NCBI RefSeq assembly: GCF_006345805.1
Contig: NW_021824649.1
Span: 1 to 39,523 of the forward strand
Source of the DNA: Octopus sinensis
Lineage: Eukaryota
Reading direction: 5' to 3'
DNA length: 39,523 nucleotides
Notes under the pieces: model-generated
Databases searched by the model: none
What the model saw: only the letters and a program-made list of their open reading frames with translations
Told to the model about the DNA's origin: nothing
Position numbers and translations under genes: made by a program
Part shown: positions 13,151 to 27,896 of the stretch, in pieces
Numbering within the stretch: the stretch's first letter is position 1
How the letters are laid out: the number at the start of each line of letters is the position of its first letter

Positions 13151-13500
13151 TATGTATATATTAATATATATGTATATATATACATACATATATATATATA
13201 TATGTATATATATGTATACATATATATATATTTATATGTAATATCATAAATATATATATATATACATATATATGTATATACACATATATGTATATACACA
13301 TATATATACATATGTATATACATATATTTATGTATATCGTTATATATATATATATACTATATACTTTAAGTATATATATATATATATTACATGCATATAA
13401 ATATAATTTAATATATGTATATGTAATATAGATGTATAATATGTATATATGTCATGTATGTATATATATATATATATATATTTATTTATGTATATATATA
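10540..13500. repeat. Tandem duplication, two units of about 1.47 kb
   Basis: Unique anchors are offset by 1472-1475 bp (10766/12241, 10888/12361, 11581/13053). Confidence 0.95.
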
Positions 13501-13611
13501 TATATATATTTATATATTCAGGCAAATGCATGTTTGTTACGTCATAGCATACAAAGAATTAGCAGTGTTGCAGTGTTTGAATACATATTTTATACATACG
13601 TAAATGCATCC

Positions 13612-13642
<31 letters not shown>

Positions 13643-13864
13643 CGTGTGTGTGTGTGTGTGTATGTGCGTGCGCGTGTGTGTGTTTGTGTACTTGCGAGCG
13701 CGCGTGTGTGTGTTACGCATGCGTGCTTATCTAATTAAACATTACACACAAGGAATCCACAAAGGCTCGCTTGAATATTCAGAGAAACCATTCGCTTAGA
13801 TTACGAGTGGTGAAATAATAATAATCACAACAACACCACAACAAAAACTAATAACAACAACAAT

Positions 13865-13926
13865 GGTGATGATGATGATGATGATGATGATGATGGTGAC
13901 GATGATGAGATGATGATGATGATGAT

Positions 13927-13971
<45 letters not shown>

Positions 13972-13995
13972 GTGGTGATGAAGGTGATGATGATT
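13865..13995. repeat. (GAT)n microsatellite
   Basis: Direct reading. Confidence 0.95.
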
Positions 13996-14530
13996 GTAAC
14001 TGATTTTATTATGACTGTTATTAAAGGTAATAATATTAATAACCCGTTTATTATTGTTATTTATTATTATTTGAAATGCATCAGGAAATCTGGTTGCTGC
14101 ATGCAGCATCTGCTACCGACCTCTGCAGGAATAACATTAAAGAGACCTGCTGAATATACGTTTGGAAAGAGCGCAATTAAAGTTGAAAGGGTTATATGGT
14201 ATTTCAGGAATACTTTCAAAGAGTTTTACAAGGATCTTAACTTGGAGAGGGGGTGAATGGCATGGCCGGCATCGACTGCATAAATAGCATTCTGAGAGGA
14301 GAACTGATGGACAGGGAGATGAGAAAGAGAGAGAGAGAGTGTGTGTGGGAGGGGGAGGGGGAGAGAGAATGTGCGTGTATGTGCGAATCGATGGGAAATT
14401 AGGAAGTATTACAAATACCAAAATACCATAGAGAGGTTGTTATGGCGAAGTATGCGCCTAATGAGAAGCTGGGTCTATCAGAGTCGGTAGAGCATCGTTC
14501 AAGGTTCTTTACAAGATTTAGATTTTTTTC

Positions 14531-14766
14531 TTATCTCTCTTTACTCTTTACTCTTTTACTTGTTTCAGTCATTTGACTGCGGCCATGCTGGAGCACGGCC
14601 TTTAATCGAGCAATTCGACCCCGGGACTTATTCTTTGTAAGCCCAGTACTTATTCTATCGGTCTCTTTTGCCGAACCGCTAGGTGACGGGGACGTAAACA
14701 TACCAGCATCGGTTGTCGAGCAATGCTAGGGGAACAAACACAGACACACAAACATATACACACACA

Positions 14767-14803
<37 letters not shown>

Positions 14804-14966
14804 GACAGGCTTCTTTCAGTTTCCGTCTACCAAATCCACTCACAAGGCATTGGTCGGCCCGGGGATATAGCAGAAGACACTTGCCCAAGATGCTACGCAG
14901 TGGGACTGAACCCGGAACCATGTGGTTGGTTAGCAAGCTACTTACCACACAGCCACTCCTGCGCCT
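14531..14966 (-). mobile_element. SINE family A, young full-length copy
   Basis: Minus-strand head AGGCGCAGGAGTGGCTGTGTGG (A box) and GGTTCAGTCCC (B box); internal (TA)n(TG)n; repeated gtaaaaga tail. Nearly identical to the copies at 22.7, 28.6 and 36.2 kb. Confidence 0.95.
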
Positions 14967-15199
14967 TTATCGTTTACTTTTTAACTTGAAATTGTTTCAG
15001 TCACTGGACTACGGTCTTGCAGGGGCACAACCCCGAGGGGATATTTCTAGAATGAACTCACCCCCAAGACTTAGTCTGTCGAACACTTTCAGCGAGCCTT
15101 CACGTAGCGAGGATGTATTCAAACCAACACCGGTTTTCAACTGGAAGTTGGAACAAACATAAACACACACACACATACACACAGACACACACACTCACA

Positions 15200-15237
<38 letters not shown>

Positions 15238-15239
<2 letters not shown>

Positions 15240-15460
15240 ACTCTTTTAATTGGTTCAGTCATTTGACTGTGGCCATGCTGGAGCACCGACTTTAGTCGAG
15301 CGAATCGACCCCAACACTTATCCCTTGTAAGCCTAGCACTTATTCTATCGGTATCTTTTGCCGAACCATTAAGTTGCGGGGACGTAAACACACTAGCATC
15401 GGTTGTCAAGCAATGTTTGGTGGGGGGGTGACAAACTCGAGTACACAAACATATACACCC

Positions 15461-15512
<52 letters not shown>

Positions 15513-15575
15513 GCATATATACGACCGGCTTCTTTCAGTTTCCGTCTACCACATGCACTCACAAGGCTATGGCCG
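15238..15575 (-). mobile_element. SINE family A lacking its head
   Basis: Same 3' half and part of the 5' half as the 14531-14966 copy. Confidence 0.85.
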
Positions 15576-16684
15576 ATATATATATATATGTATGTATATA
15601 TGTATGTATGTATACTTACACATATACGCATATACATATATACACACGTGTGCGTGCAGACATGCATACACACACATAGATATTTGGCTTCTTTCGGTTT
15701 TCCTTTACTGAATTGATTCACAAGGTTTTAGTTGACCTGGAGCTATAGTAGACACAGAAAGTTATTGGGCTTTCACCCGTATTGTAGAAAACGTTTTTCA
15801 GATGGCCAGATAACCGAAGAGATGGTGTTGTGGATTTCCAACTCGTCATCCGAAACTCAGAGTTTTATCTTGACTACTGAATAATTGTCACATATTATAT
15901 TTACAGATATATATATATATATATATATGTTCTTGTTTTCACCTTAAATGAGAATGAAAAGGACAATACTTGTTAGTCTCTGGCGCGATTAAATTTACAA
16001 TTTCACTATTGAATTGTGCTGTAAAATATTCGCTTCCCTTTAATGCTGGCCGTAACCATACAAACGTTTTCAACCATCAAATGATAATGTCCACTGTTCT
16101 CTCATCAAACATCAATTGATTATGTCCGCCGTTTAAGAGTTAATTAGCCACGAGAGATAGTAAATGTTTCGTTAGAGGATATGGCGATATTAAGAAGCCT
16201 TTATTCATGATAATGTTCAGAGCAGATGGGATACAAATTAGTAGCCCTAGTTCTCCTTAGCTATTTGATTTGCAGAATATATAAATAGTTCAACTGTTTA
16301 ATGCTCTTTGATTGGTCAGTGATGCAGAGATCAGCAATGAGGCGTCAATACGTGTCAAAACTGATTACGGCATTTCATATTTTTTAAGCCTACATGTATA
16401 GACATGAGTTTACATACAATATATCAATGTGGTAAGATACGAAATCCTCTCGAAATCATATCCTGGAGAATAAAACTGATTCTCGTCACTTTGGTTAAAG
16501 TTTCTTCACTGATGACGATGATATCACCAAGTTATCTAGTATCTAACAAGTACTGGTACGATGCTCTAATATCTAAATATATCTATAGATGTCACCTTAC
16601 TTATCAAAGATCATGCTAACTCCGTAATGAAACTTAATGTCGATTTCCGAGCTGTTTTCCTTACCACTATTTGTTCCATATTTT

Positions 16685-16880
16685 GACACAAGACCAGCAG
16701 ATTCGGAGGAAGGTTTAGCCGATTACATCGACACAAGTACTCAACTGGTACTAATTTCTATCAACCCCGAAAGGATGGAAGGCAGTGGCCATCTCAATGG
16801 AATTGGAAGTGAGAAAGTAAAAACAGACTAAAAGCTGCCAAGCGTTTTGCCAGCTATGCGAAAGTTTCTGCCAGCTCGGT
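16685..16880 (-). mobile_element. Diverged SINE family B-like copy
   Basis: gccgattacatcgac, actggtact, ccccgaaaggatg and ttctgccagctcg. Confidence 0.7.
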
Positions 16881-18158
16881 GTCTGTCCCTTACCATTATT
16901 GACAAGAAATTATCGTTGAAATATATCATGTCACTGTTTTCCGTCTGCGTGTATTTGTGCTTGTAGGCAGAGTAATTATGGGGCATCTATGCATGGTTAC
17001 CAAGCTATAAGCGTTTTTAGTTGGTGCATACTACTGTCTGCTTTCAGTTCCTCCCACCAACACGATCCCTTTGCAAGGAAGATAATCTCTGCCTACAAAT
17101 ATCTTGCAGTACCAAGTTGTGACTATCTTTTATAAATGGGTACCTTGAAGTAGGTTAAATGTAAGGCACCTCAGAGCAACAGTGGGCCCAAGAATAGGCG
17201 TCCAGGATCACACGTTTGTGAACATATACTGATGTCACTCAACCGTTGTTCTAGATATAAACAATATTAACAGGCACAGGTTGGCTCACACATGATTAGA
17301 AGACAATCTAGGGTATAGTTATCCGTCACAGAAACCATAAATGCTACTCGCTCAGGTCCCGTGTATATATGCCACCTGAAGATTACCGAGTAAACGGAAA
17401 ATAATTGTTTATGCCTTAAAGGTGGTAGCCCGCCGTCCTTGAAATGCATTGACATTGTAACAAAAGAGTAGGAAGGATTTGAAACCAACGTAGCTGAAGG
17501 TATTATTAGAGATCTCGTCTTTGGACGGCCTACATTCTTACCGGTATAATACTAATATATTTTCTTTACTTTTCATCAACATAGAATGAACACCGCTCAC
17601 CTAACCAGCTTCTGTTTATCTATATAATTCTCTTTGTCACATCTTGAAAACCAATATAAAATATAACGTTAATTTTGATTTTGTATGAACAAAATACAAG
17701 AAAACATGATGAATGCAAAATATGCAAACCTTATTTGAAATATATTTCATTAGCAATATAAATTCAGCTGCCGGATGTAGGTCATACATCTCTACCAATC
17801 AGAATTCAAGAATGTAAATTAGTCTTTCGAGAAGAGAATATAGTGCAAGATACAGATTCCAGGAGCACACGAGAACCTCCTAAGATTTCCATAGCAAACA
17901 TATCGCCAACACCGATGCTAGAAATTTTCAGCTCACATCAGCGCCTCGTGTAGGAAAAATTTGCATTTACCAAATAATGCCTTACCAATATCTTCTTTAG
18001 TGTGTCATTCTTCATAATTAAATTCAAGTGTGATTGTACACAGAATCATAATTTGTATTTTCCAACAGAAGAAGAAACAACATGAAAGTTATGTGTATGT
18101 ATATAAGTATGACTCTCTTTCTTTCTCTCCTCCTATACATACATACAAACACACACAT

Positions 18159-18720
<562 letters not shown>

Positions 18721-19457
18721 ATTTCACGCTAGCAACTATATGAATTATGAATTTTGTCTTTCAATCAAATAACCAAAATACGATAGATCGAAGCAAAACT
18801 TTATGAACAACATTCAAACATTTGAATCTCAAAAGTAAAACCTAAGGAAGGATAATGGAACTGGCTTTTGAAAACGTTATAACAAAATACAACGAATATC
18901 TTCTCAATCGCTCAACTGATTATTTTCATGCCTATTCTGTTTGCATTATCATTAAAGATAATGGTCCGATAAATCCATCCTAAGATTGCTTCTTGTACCA
19001 TCGTTAATTCACAACTTCATCTACCACAGATCGATAAGTATGCAAAAGCATTATATTTTGATTGATTCGAAAAAATGAAAAGCACCCCATGAAAATTTGT
19101 AAGAGGAACATTAAACTCTAAACGGAAAACATTAAATTAAATTAAAGTTTTACTCAGCATTTAACACTGGCAACCAAGTACAGGTTCAGAAATCTCTTAT
19201 TGGTATCGATAACTGAATATTTATTCGTATTTTTCAATTGTTACTTCCGGATGAGAAAACACCACCTGCAGTGATATTTTGTGAAAAGAATTTATGAAAT
19301 AAAAATATTAATATTAATTATTATTTTCGAAAAGAAAATTGAAGCTATGGATGCGTATGTATATATGCTATTATAATGCATATATGTATACACAAACGCA
19401 AATATACATATATGTGTCTGTCTGTATGTATATATGCTATATATATACATATATATA

Positions 19458-19544
<87 letters not shown>

Positions 19545-21439
19545 ATATACAGACGTACGTGTTAGTTCGATTTGTATATATATATATATTTATATCGAGA
19601 AACAGACAGACAGACAAAGACAGAGATTGAGGAAGGAGCGCCTGAGCAATCTGTCAGAATGATTCACTCTATTTGATTGCGATTCTCTGTGCTCTTAGTT
19701 CAAAACTTGGTGAGAACCTCTTTACATTTTTCCCTCCAAAATCTATATTCCAAGCGTCTAGTAGGCTAAACTATGAGGATATTTAAAACTGATTGCCTTA
19801 CATTCTTTTAGTCAGGCAATTTTGTCAACTACTTTTATTCTTACCATGGTCCACAAAATGGGTAGACCTAACCAGTTGCTCAGTTGTTTTCACCACTGTC
19901 TGGTACCTTTAGTGGAGTCCATTCTTTTGAAAGCACTCGGGTCATGACCTTCATTTTGAGAATCCCTTCTTTCATTCACACCCAGCCGTCTCGAAGTCAG
20001 TATAACGTCTCCTGAGGAATTTCCCCCACACAAACATAACGGCTAATAAGATATGGTAATTACATATATATATTTGCATGTAGGTGGGCACATACTTATC
20101 TAAATACGCCTACCACTATATTTTCCATTACATACCTTGATGCAAGCAGTTGCACATACACACGAGTGCTCATACACACAAACACAGCTTTACATGCACC
20201 CTGCCTACTTACACAAATACAGTTGGGCATGTGCCTTATACAATCCCAGATTAACAACAGGAAGATGGGGACCATTTTGTAATAAATGAATGACGTACGA
20301 TTCCCTATTAGCAATCTATAACATAGTTTAGTCGACATATATACAAAGACATGACTAGTTTAGTCGATTAAATCAGCTCAATCCTTCAATATTGCTATAT
20401 TTAATCGATTACGAAAATGTCAAGTTCTCTGTCGTATATTGAAATTCAGAACCTAAATAGTTGGAACAAGCATTTTTGTTTGACGTTGTACTCGTAATGG
20501 TTATGCCAAGAGACTAACTAGTAATAATTTCTTATATTGTCCAATGTGGATAACAGACAACTATTGGGTATTATGGGCTTCTTATTCTATAAACACTGAT
20601 CGGAGAAATGGAAGTTTGAACTCAGCAGAATACAAATTCAGAATGAGAACTAGCATACTATTTTGTCACGCGAGGTATTTTCTCCGATGTTGTAATGGTG
20701 TTGACAATCCAATTCATTAATATCAAAACGTATTTATAAAGCTGTCATCACTCAGTTTAGAAAACACGTTTATGAAATCCTTGTTGATGGGGAGCACATT
20801 TCTACAAAAAAGTATTTGCTAGTTCAAACATTTTAGTCGTCACGTAAATTTAAAATAATAAAACTTAATAAAATTTAGTGGGGAGAATGGAAAAAAAGAT
20901 ATGGTTATCATTAAAGTAATGATTAACGCGTAGCTGATATCTTTTAAACATTCTGGTTAAAAGTTTAAGTGAAATTAAGCTGAAATGAAGATTAGAGATG
21001 ATTTGTTCCAAGTAAAATCTCCAGGCGCTCTTCAGAGGTTTTGCAAGATGTTCTAAATATATTGCAATGCTGGAAACGCTTGTGTATTGTCAACAGGTTT
21101 GTCAGGTTCAGAATCCAGTCTTCCCCTACAGAAAGATTCCACTTACGACCTCTTATTTCAATGGTTAATTTCTACTTTCCTCGCTGTATGTGCTATGGAT
21201 TAATGTGTATTCGGTTGAGCTGTAACTTAAATTACTGGATATATCGTTCATTTTAACAGCAACATTTTTCTTTAACCTCTTACCTGTTTCAACCATTGCA
21301 CTTCGGCCATACAATGGTACCGTACCACAAAAGATTCTACATTATGGGTCAAACTCAAAACAGCACTTAATGCTAAAGGATGGGGGGAGAGGAATGGAAA
21401 GACACACATACACACATAGATATATGGAATGATGCATGT

Positions 21440-21600
21440 ATGAGAGGATGTTTTAAGTTTCCATATCCACTCAGAAAGCATTGGTCGTCCCTAGGCTATA
21501 GTAGAAACATTTGCCTAAGATGCAATACAGTGGAACTGATAGCAAATCCGCCTTGTTTAGAAGCAACCTTCTCACTATACAGCCAGGCCTGTACCTCCAC
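21440..21600 (-). mobile_element. SINE family A, diverged 5' half
   Basis: atccactcagaaagcattggtcg, ggctatagtagaa and cagtggaactga match the family. Confidence 0.7.
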
Positions 21601-22696
21601 ATAGACAGAAATATGTGCAAAGAAAAAGTGTAAATGCTATTATGTTTGAGTAAATATATAGAGTTATAAAAGAATGACTATTTCGAGAGAAATGGAAATA
21701 TCGTAAAATTAAACAGGATAGGTTCTTATAATGATTTTTGCTGCGTGAAAATTTAGGATGAGGGGAAAATGATGTCGTTTTACTCGTTTGTTGATTAAAT
21801 TCACATGACTAATGTTTTATGATGCGCACTGTAACCTTTGCTACTGAGATTGTAAAAATAGTTAGACAATGATTATCCAAAATAATCCGATCTTTTCTGC
21901 AATGGCAGCCAAATAAATTTTTGGAAGGCTGGTGTTTTTCGGCACTCATTAGAGTACGAGTGGATGCAAATAAAAAAAAATAATAAATAAGTGTTTGAAG
22001 TGTGAGGTGTAGTTGAAAGAGAGCAGCTACTTTATTTTTATTGATGTTTGTGTCGAACGATGGAAGGTGTAACTGGCGAGATTTTGATGAAATTGTGAAG
22101 TGATGCAAAATTAGTTAGCAAAGCCTTCTATGAAGTTCAGTCATTATTAAAATAATTGCTCTTAATTTAAGCAGAAAACCAGCATCTGGAAACAGAGGGT
22201 GTTAGTCGATAGTCATCGAAACTTGACAGGTGCATCATCATATTGAGCCCGCGGGGATGAAAAGCAAATGGAATATCAGAGGAATTTGAAAGTACAATGT
22301 AAAAAAAGGTATGGGCAAATACATCGGGCTTAATTTCATATAATCAGATGTTTTAACGATTCGGTTAGCTTCTCTCTTTATCCATATCAATGATACTTGC
22401 TATCAATTAGTAAAGAAATAATGAAGGAATCAAGACATCGTCCCATGATTTCGTTATCGCTATGATGACACATCTGAGTTATTTCCCTTTGCTCATTCCA
22501 TTTCATTTTACTAATTTTGCAAAGTGTACTCGCTCTATTTTTATTCATAACTAAGTAGTAAGTTCAAGGTATTTTGCTGTTTTGTCAAAAAGACAGAGAC
22601 ATATATGGACAATGGAAAGTGTTCTCAATGCAGATACACTAGAGAATTCATAAAATGTCTTCAGAAGATTGAATATCACATTTTGAGACTTGATAT

Positions 22697-23100
22697 AACT
22701 CTTTTACTTGTTTCAGTCATTTGACTGCGGCCATGCTGGAGCACCGCCTTTAGTCGAGCAAACCCACACCGGGACTTATTCTTTGTAAGCCCAGTACTTA
22801 TTCTATCGGTCTCTTTTGCCGAACCGCTAAGTTACGGGGACGTAAACACACCAGCATCGGTTGTCGAGCAATGCTAGGGGGACAAACACAGACACACAAA
22901 CACACACACACATACATATATATATATAGATATATACGACAGGCTTCTTTCAGTTTCCATCTACCAAATCCACTCACAAAGCATTGGTCGGCCCGGGGCT
23001 ATAGCAGAAGACACTTGCCCAAGATGCCACGCAGTGGGACTGAACCCGGAACCATGTGGCTGGTTAGCAAACTACTTACCACACAGCCACTCCTGCACCT
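22697..23100 (-). mobile_element. SINE family A, young full-length copy
   Basis: Near-identical to 14531-14966. Confidence 0.95.
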
Positions 23101-24559
23101 ATATGTAGGGGTATTTTTCAAGCCATTGGAAAAGGGGTTTTTAACTCGAAATATGAGGGAGTAATTAAACATTTAGGCATTTTGATATTTACCTTTCTAT
23201 GTAATATTTCACCTGCGGTGTTATTTCATCCTAAAATTTGGTTTTGTTAACTCTCTCATTCAGTTTTGTTACCTCCCACATTCAGTAAAAAATATATGGT
23301 TTTCGACTGGCAGGAAATATACCGACGTGGAGGAGAGAAATTCTATGCAGACAACTTTGAATATCTTTTATATTTATTTCTTAATCTTTAGTGATTTTTC
23401 CTTTTACAAAATAAAATCTTTAAGGTTGTTTTCTGTTGGTCTGAGTAACCAAGCAAATATTCTTGCGTTACAATTGTTACACATTCGACCTAGTTCTCTT
23501 TACTGGAAGAAATCCACAATTTGATAGTGAGTGACATGGATGTTGGGGGGGGGGGTTCATGTAAGCTAAGCATATATGTAGATATGCACAATAAAATATA
23601 ATAGTTTAAATAACAACAGCACACTCCGATATTTTTTTAAAATTTATTTTTTAAAACTTTATTTTTAAAAGATTAGAAAATATATAAGTACAAGAGGAAA
23701 ATATAAACCAGGGGTGTCAAACTTGTAGTCCACAAGCCAGGTCCTGCTCAGCTTGAGGTTGTGTGCAGCACTTGACTCAGTTTCAATATATTATTATATA
23801 CAGCTTGCATTTATTGCAAGCCCGATCTGAGTTTCGATCGATGCCGCATCAGATTGGTGGAATGCAAGAACTTAATCTATATCTCATTCAGGCTTCTGAT
23901 ATAAGCAGAAGACTAATATAGGTGAGAAATAAATATGAAGAGTAAAAATTTGAGAATGTTAAATGCAAGTCTTAAAATAATATGCAGTGAAATATGGCGG
24001 AGATGTCGCATTCTTCTTTATAAATATGTGTTGTCAACAGGTCAGTTATCTGAAATATAAAAGATGATAAACATACTGAATTGATAATTAAGAGAAATAT
24101 TTCATTGCTGTAAACCTGAATCTGAGAAGTAGAAAATGTACAACCATTTGGATGGACTCTTTTTCGTAAATTCAGTAGGAAACCCGAACACTCTATTCGT
24201 CCCATTACATGCAACAAGTGATTACATTTAACAAAATCATTCTGACATCTAAACTTCGAATTGTCTCCCTATATCTATATCCCTGGATAAATTATTAAAG
24301 GTAACAGAGGGTGAGCTAGAAACCATTACAAAGTTATCAGTTATATTTCTAAATATGCTTATTTTATTGTGTTATTTCATTTCTTAACATGCTTATTCTA
24401 TAGTTATTCTTGTGTTTAAATTTATTATTTTATTTTATTTCTTAATATGCTTATTAATAGATATGAATATATTAATGAATCTAACTAGAAAGTATATTCC
24501 TTTGTATAATCCTTTTATTTAATCTGTATGCAATATTTAGCTCACACACCCATACACCT

Positions 24560-24750
24560 ATACACATACATACATACATGCATACATACATACATACATG
24601 CATACATACATACATACATACATACATACATACATACATACTTACATACATACATACATACATACATACATGCATACATACATACATGCATGCATGCATG
24701 CATACAAACATACATACATACATACATACATACATACATACATACATACA

Positions 24751-24782
<32 letters not shown>
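24560..24782. repeat. (TACA)n microsatellite
   Basis: Direct reading. Confidence 0.95.
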
Positions 24783-24785
<3 letters not shown>

Positions 24786-24929
24786 CAATACTTAAATATT
24801 GTGAACAAAAACATATTTTTAATACAAACGTAAAGCGTTGAATTTTGGATGTTATGAATACAAATCATACATACACATGAGAATGGTATTATATGTGCTG
24901 TTGCAGAAATGCGTCGTCTTTGCCACCAG

Positions 24930-24948
24930 TCATTCCTTGATGTTCAGT
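24930..24948 (-). CDS. Possible terminal coding exon adding (K)LNIKE-stop
   Basis: Acceptor tgtttttaacag ends at 24949. Joined to the phase-2 donor at 25492 it reads AAA CTG AAC ATC AAG GAA TGA. AATAAA motifs lie downstream on the minus strand near 24420-24520. No transcript evidence. Confidence 0.4.
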
Positions 24949-25108
24949 CTGTTAAAAACAATGAGAATATTAGAGAAAGAAGAAGCGAGTGTTACAAGTA
25001 CAGAAATGAGTATAAAATGGGATCGAAATCGGCCAAGGTATGGTAAGCTGTTCAACTACTATGTTGACACAAACTTAAATATGGAACAGCAAGCATATGC
25101 AGAACCTT

Positions 25109-25402
<294 letters not shown>

Positions 25403-25488
25403 GGAAGTTTCACGTCTTAGCAAGCCATTTAAGTTCGATGACGAAATTCAATGTGCCACAATAAACGAATAATATATGACAATATTAC

Positions 25489-27104
25489 TTACTTGCCAGT
25501 CATGTCCGTGAATACTTCTGTTTCACTTAAACTTGAGACATCAGTTAGGAAACCGACGTCTTCCTCATCCTGTGGTGTTTCTCTCAAAGATGACCGTAAT
25601 TCTTCAGCTTCCGCGTGTAGACTAAGCTGATATCTCTCATATATAGATGGTATGCAGTCATCAAAAGAACGTGGATATTCTACCGTTGGTAAGCTCCCGA
25701 TATAAGGATAAGGAAGAATACCATTATTATTATTGATGGATGTATCGTTCAGTTCAGCATTGGATGATGATGCTGCAGCCGAAGCCCCTCCAGGTGACAT
25801 CTCTCTAGGAACCATGCAATTCTGATAGATCTCTCTATTTTCTACAGAAGGGGAAACTATGCGAGACACCATTGAAAACGGTACCACAAAAGTTCCATGA
25901 AAATTTCCATTATCCCAATTGTTTTCTTCTGGATAATCGCCAGCACCTACATCTCCATTTCTTTCACCCCCAGTTGCTCCATCTTCTCCGGAAACGAGCG
26001 GTTTTCGAATATACACATATGGTGACAGCATATCAAACGGCAAATTTTGTCCATTTCCAAATGATGAATATAAGGAAGCATTATGAAAATCAACAGCAGC
26101 CTCAATACTTTCTCTATGGTAGGATGCATCCATAGATCCTAACATGGCTGTCTTTGTATGATTTCCTTGGTTATCGCCTAGTCGGACGTTGGCTGAATTT
26201 ACTGCCTGGTTTTGCTCACTGTTTTGTTCATTGTTATCTGTTCTATTATTAAACCTAGCTGGCTGTTCATTGTTCCTTTTCCTAATTGCTGCGTTTATTT
26301 CCAAAGCCCTGGAAAATACGACCAATCTTTCCTGCGTAATTCCCTGGTCCCTTTCTAATCTCCATATGTCTTTTTCGACTTCATTGTGAGCATAGATGCA
26401 TGAGTCCGTCTCGCAGGATGAACTTGATTCACAAGGTAGGTAAATAATATTTTTCTGCAGGTCAAACGGTTTCCTAATTATGAACTCTCCCGATTGTGTA
26501 ACATACCGTAAGACCTTTGACGTTTCCCAAGTATGAGGAATCGAACCGTTACAATGATTAGGATCATCGGAGCATTCTTTAGATATTTCTCCTTCTCGTA
26601 AACAGCTTTTGCAGATAAATTCAAAGTGGTGCCCATATGTGGACATAATATAGTTTACATCACATCTTGTTGTTCTCTGAAATTTGATGAAATCTCGAAC
26701 GTTGAAGTTGCCTTGGAATTCTTGCCGCCAAAGTTTAATCTCTAGTAGGTTGTGAGCAAATATACATCTGTCTTCCACAATGTGTTCATTAGGAGGTATT
26801 CTGCAAAGTTCTGGTATTTTGAATGAGCTGCATTCTGTGATAGATTCACGTACACGATGCCAGAATGGGGTACCTCTCTCAACAAACACCAGAATATCAC
26901 GTTCACATCTGTGCACCTCGAAAGAATTATCGATTGCCACAGGGAAACATAATTGACAAAATAATGCATATGCATGTGTATTTATTAAAGGGTGATAATC
27001 ATCGCCATTTGGATTATTGGTGTCAGCTTTAGTCGTCTCGTTGCACGAATTTGAGTGACTATACAAATATCGCAGTGTTTCGCTATAATTTGGATTCCAG
27101 TTCA
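25489..27104 (-). CDS. Large coding exon: two ZC3H7/HELZ2-N-like zinc-finger modules plus a low-complexity N/S/acidic C-terminal half
   Basis: 538-codon non-repetitive ORF preceded by acceptor ttcttttatttttcag (the tracked GTG start is the AG|TG junction). Motifs HPLINTHAYALFCQLCF, HRCERDIL, WHRVR, CIFAHNLLEIKLW, FICKSC and CIYAHNEVEKDIW resemble the ZC3H7A/B CCCH region (recalled similarity). Ends at TAA 25491-25489 or at the overlapping AA|GTAAGT donor (exon end 25493). Confidence 0.9.
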
Positions 27105-27751
27105 CTGAAAAATAAAAGAAAACACACGTCCCTTATAACATAGCAATAACCTGATGTGTGTCATAGTTTTCTACAAAAATAATTTTTCATGCAGTTTTTA
27201 GTTTTATTAAATGGGTAGAAAAAGAGAGAGAGATGAAGAGGGAGAGAGAAATGGGGCAGATTTCTTCAGAATGGACTTCATATTTATCAGTCATTGGACA
27301 GCAGCCATGCTTCAAGGGTTTACTCGAGCAAATTGATCCCACAACTTATTAGAGGCTGTAATTCCTTTTATGGATCAATTCTTGCCCAACTGGTGAGTCA
27401 TGGTGTCTCAAGCAGAAGCGACTTTGGCTAGTAAGGTGGTGGCGTGGGACAAACTTAAACAGAAAGCCAAACATCACAAAAAACACACACACATACACAG
27501 AAACACACAAGGTGCTACATGTTGAAACTCAGCCATGAACCATGTGGCATGTTGACTATTACTTGAGGTACATATTCAAGATCATCGGCATCGAAATTAT
27601 CGCCTTTGTCAGCACCAGCACCACTATCATCATCATCATCATCACTGTCATCGTTATCAGCGCCATCACCGATAAGATCCCCACCACCACTATCACCGTC
27701 ATCATAGCGTCAACATTCTCGATCATTCAGAAAATCAAATCATGTACTTAC

Positions 27752-27788
27752 CATCGAACGGTGGATTTCTTGTGTCCACCATCGGTAC
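27752..27788 (-). CDS. 37-nt internal coding exon (VPMVDTRNPPFD + 1 nt)
   Basis: Acceptor cttatcatttaaag and donor G|GTAAGT. It starts in phase 0 and ends in phase 1, exactly bridging the upstream phase-0 donor and the phase-1 acceptor of the large exon. Confidence 0.75.
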
Positions 27789-27896
27789 CTTTAAATGATA
27801 AGATAAAAAGCTTTTAAATATATAATACATTAACACAAGGGAATTTTGATATAAAATATAGACTTGTGCCTGCTAATAAATGGAAATATATTTACA

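Noticed and set aside
13927-14256. Poly-Met / poly-His ORFs followed by unique sequence
   Set aside because: Driven by the (GAT)n repeat; no recognisable domain or consistent exon structure.
14713-15162. Recurrent ORFs containing RQASFSFRLPNPLTRHWSARGYSRRHLPKM or RNWYLIYRPRKDERQSRPRRN
   Set aside because: These are translations of SINE families A and B, not a gene family.
17000-17560. Higher-complexity stretch with a 73-aa minus-strand ORF
   Set aside because: No recognisable motif or supported splice pair; may be an old transposon fragment but cannot be called.
27103-27105. GTG start assigned to the 538-aa ORF
   Set aside because: It is the AG|TG splice-acceptor junction; the start lies in an upstream exon.
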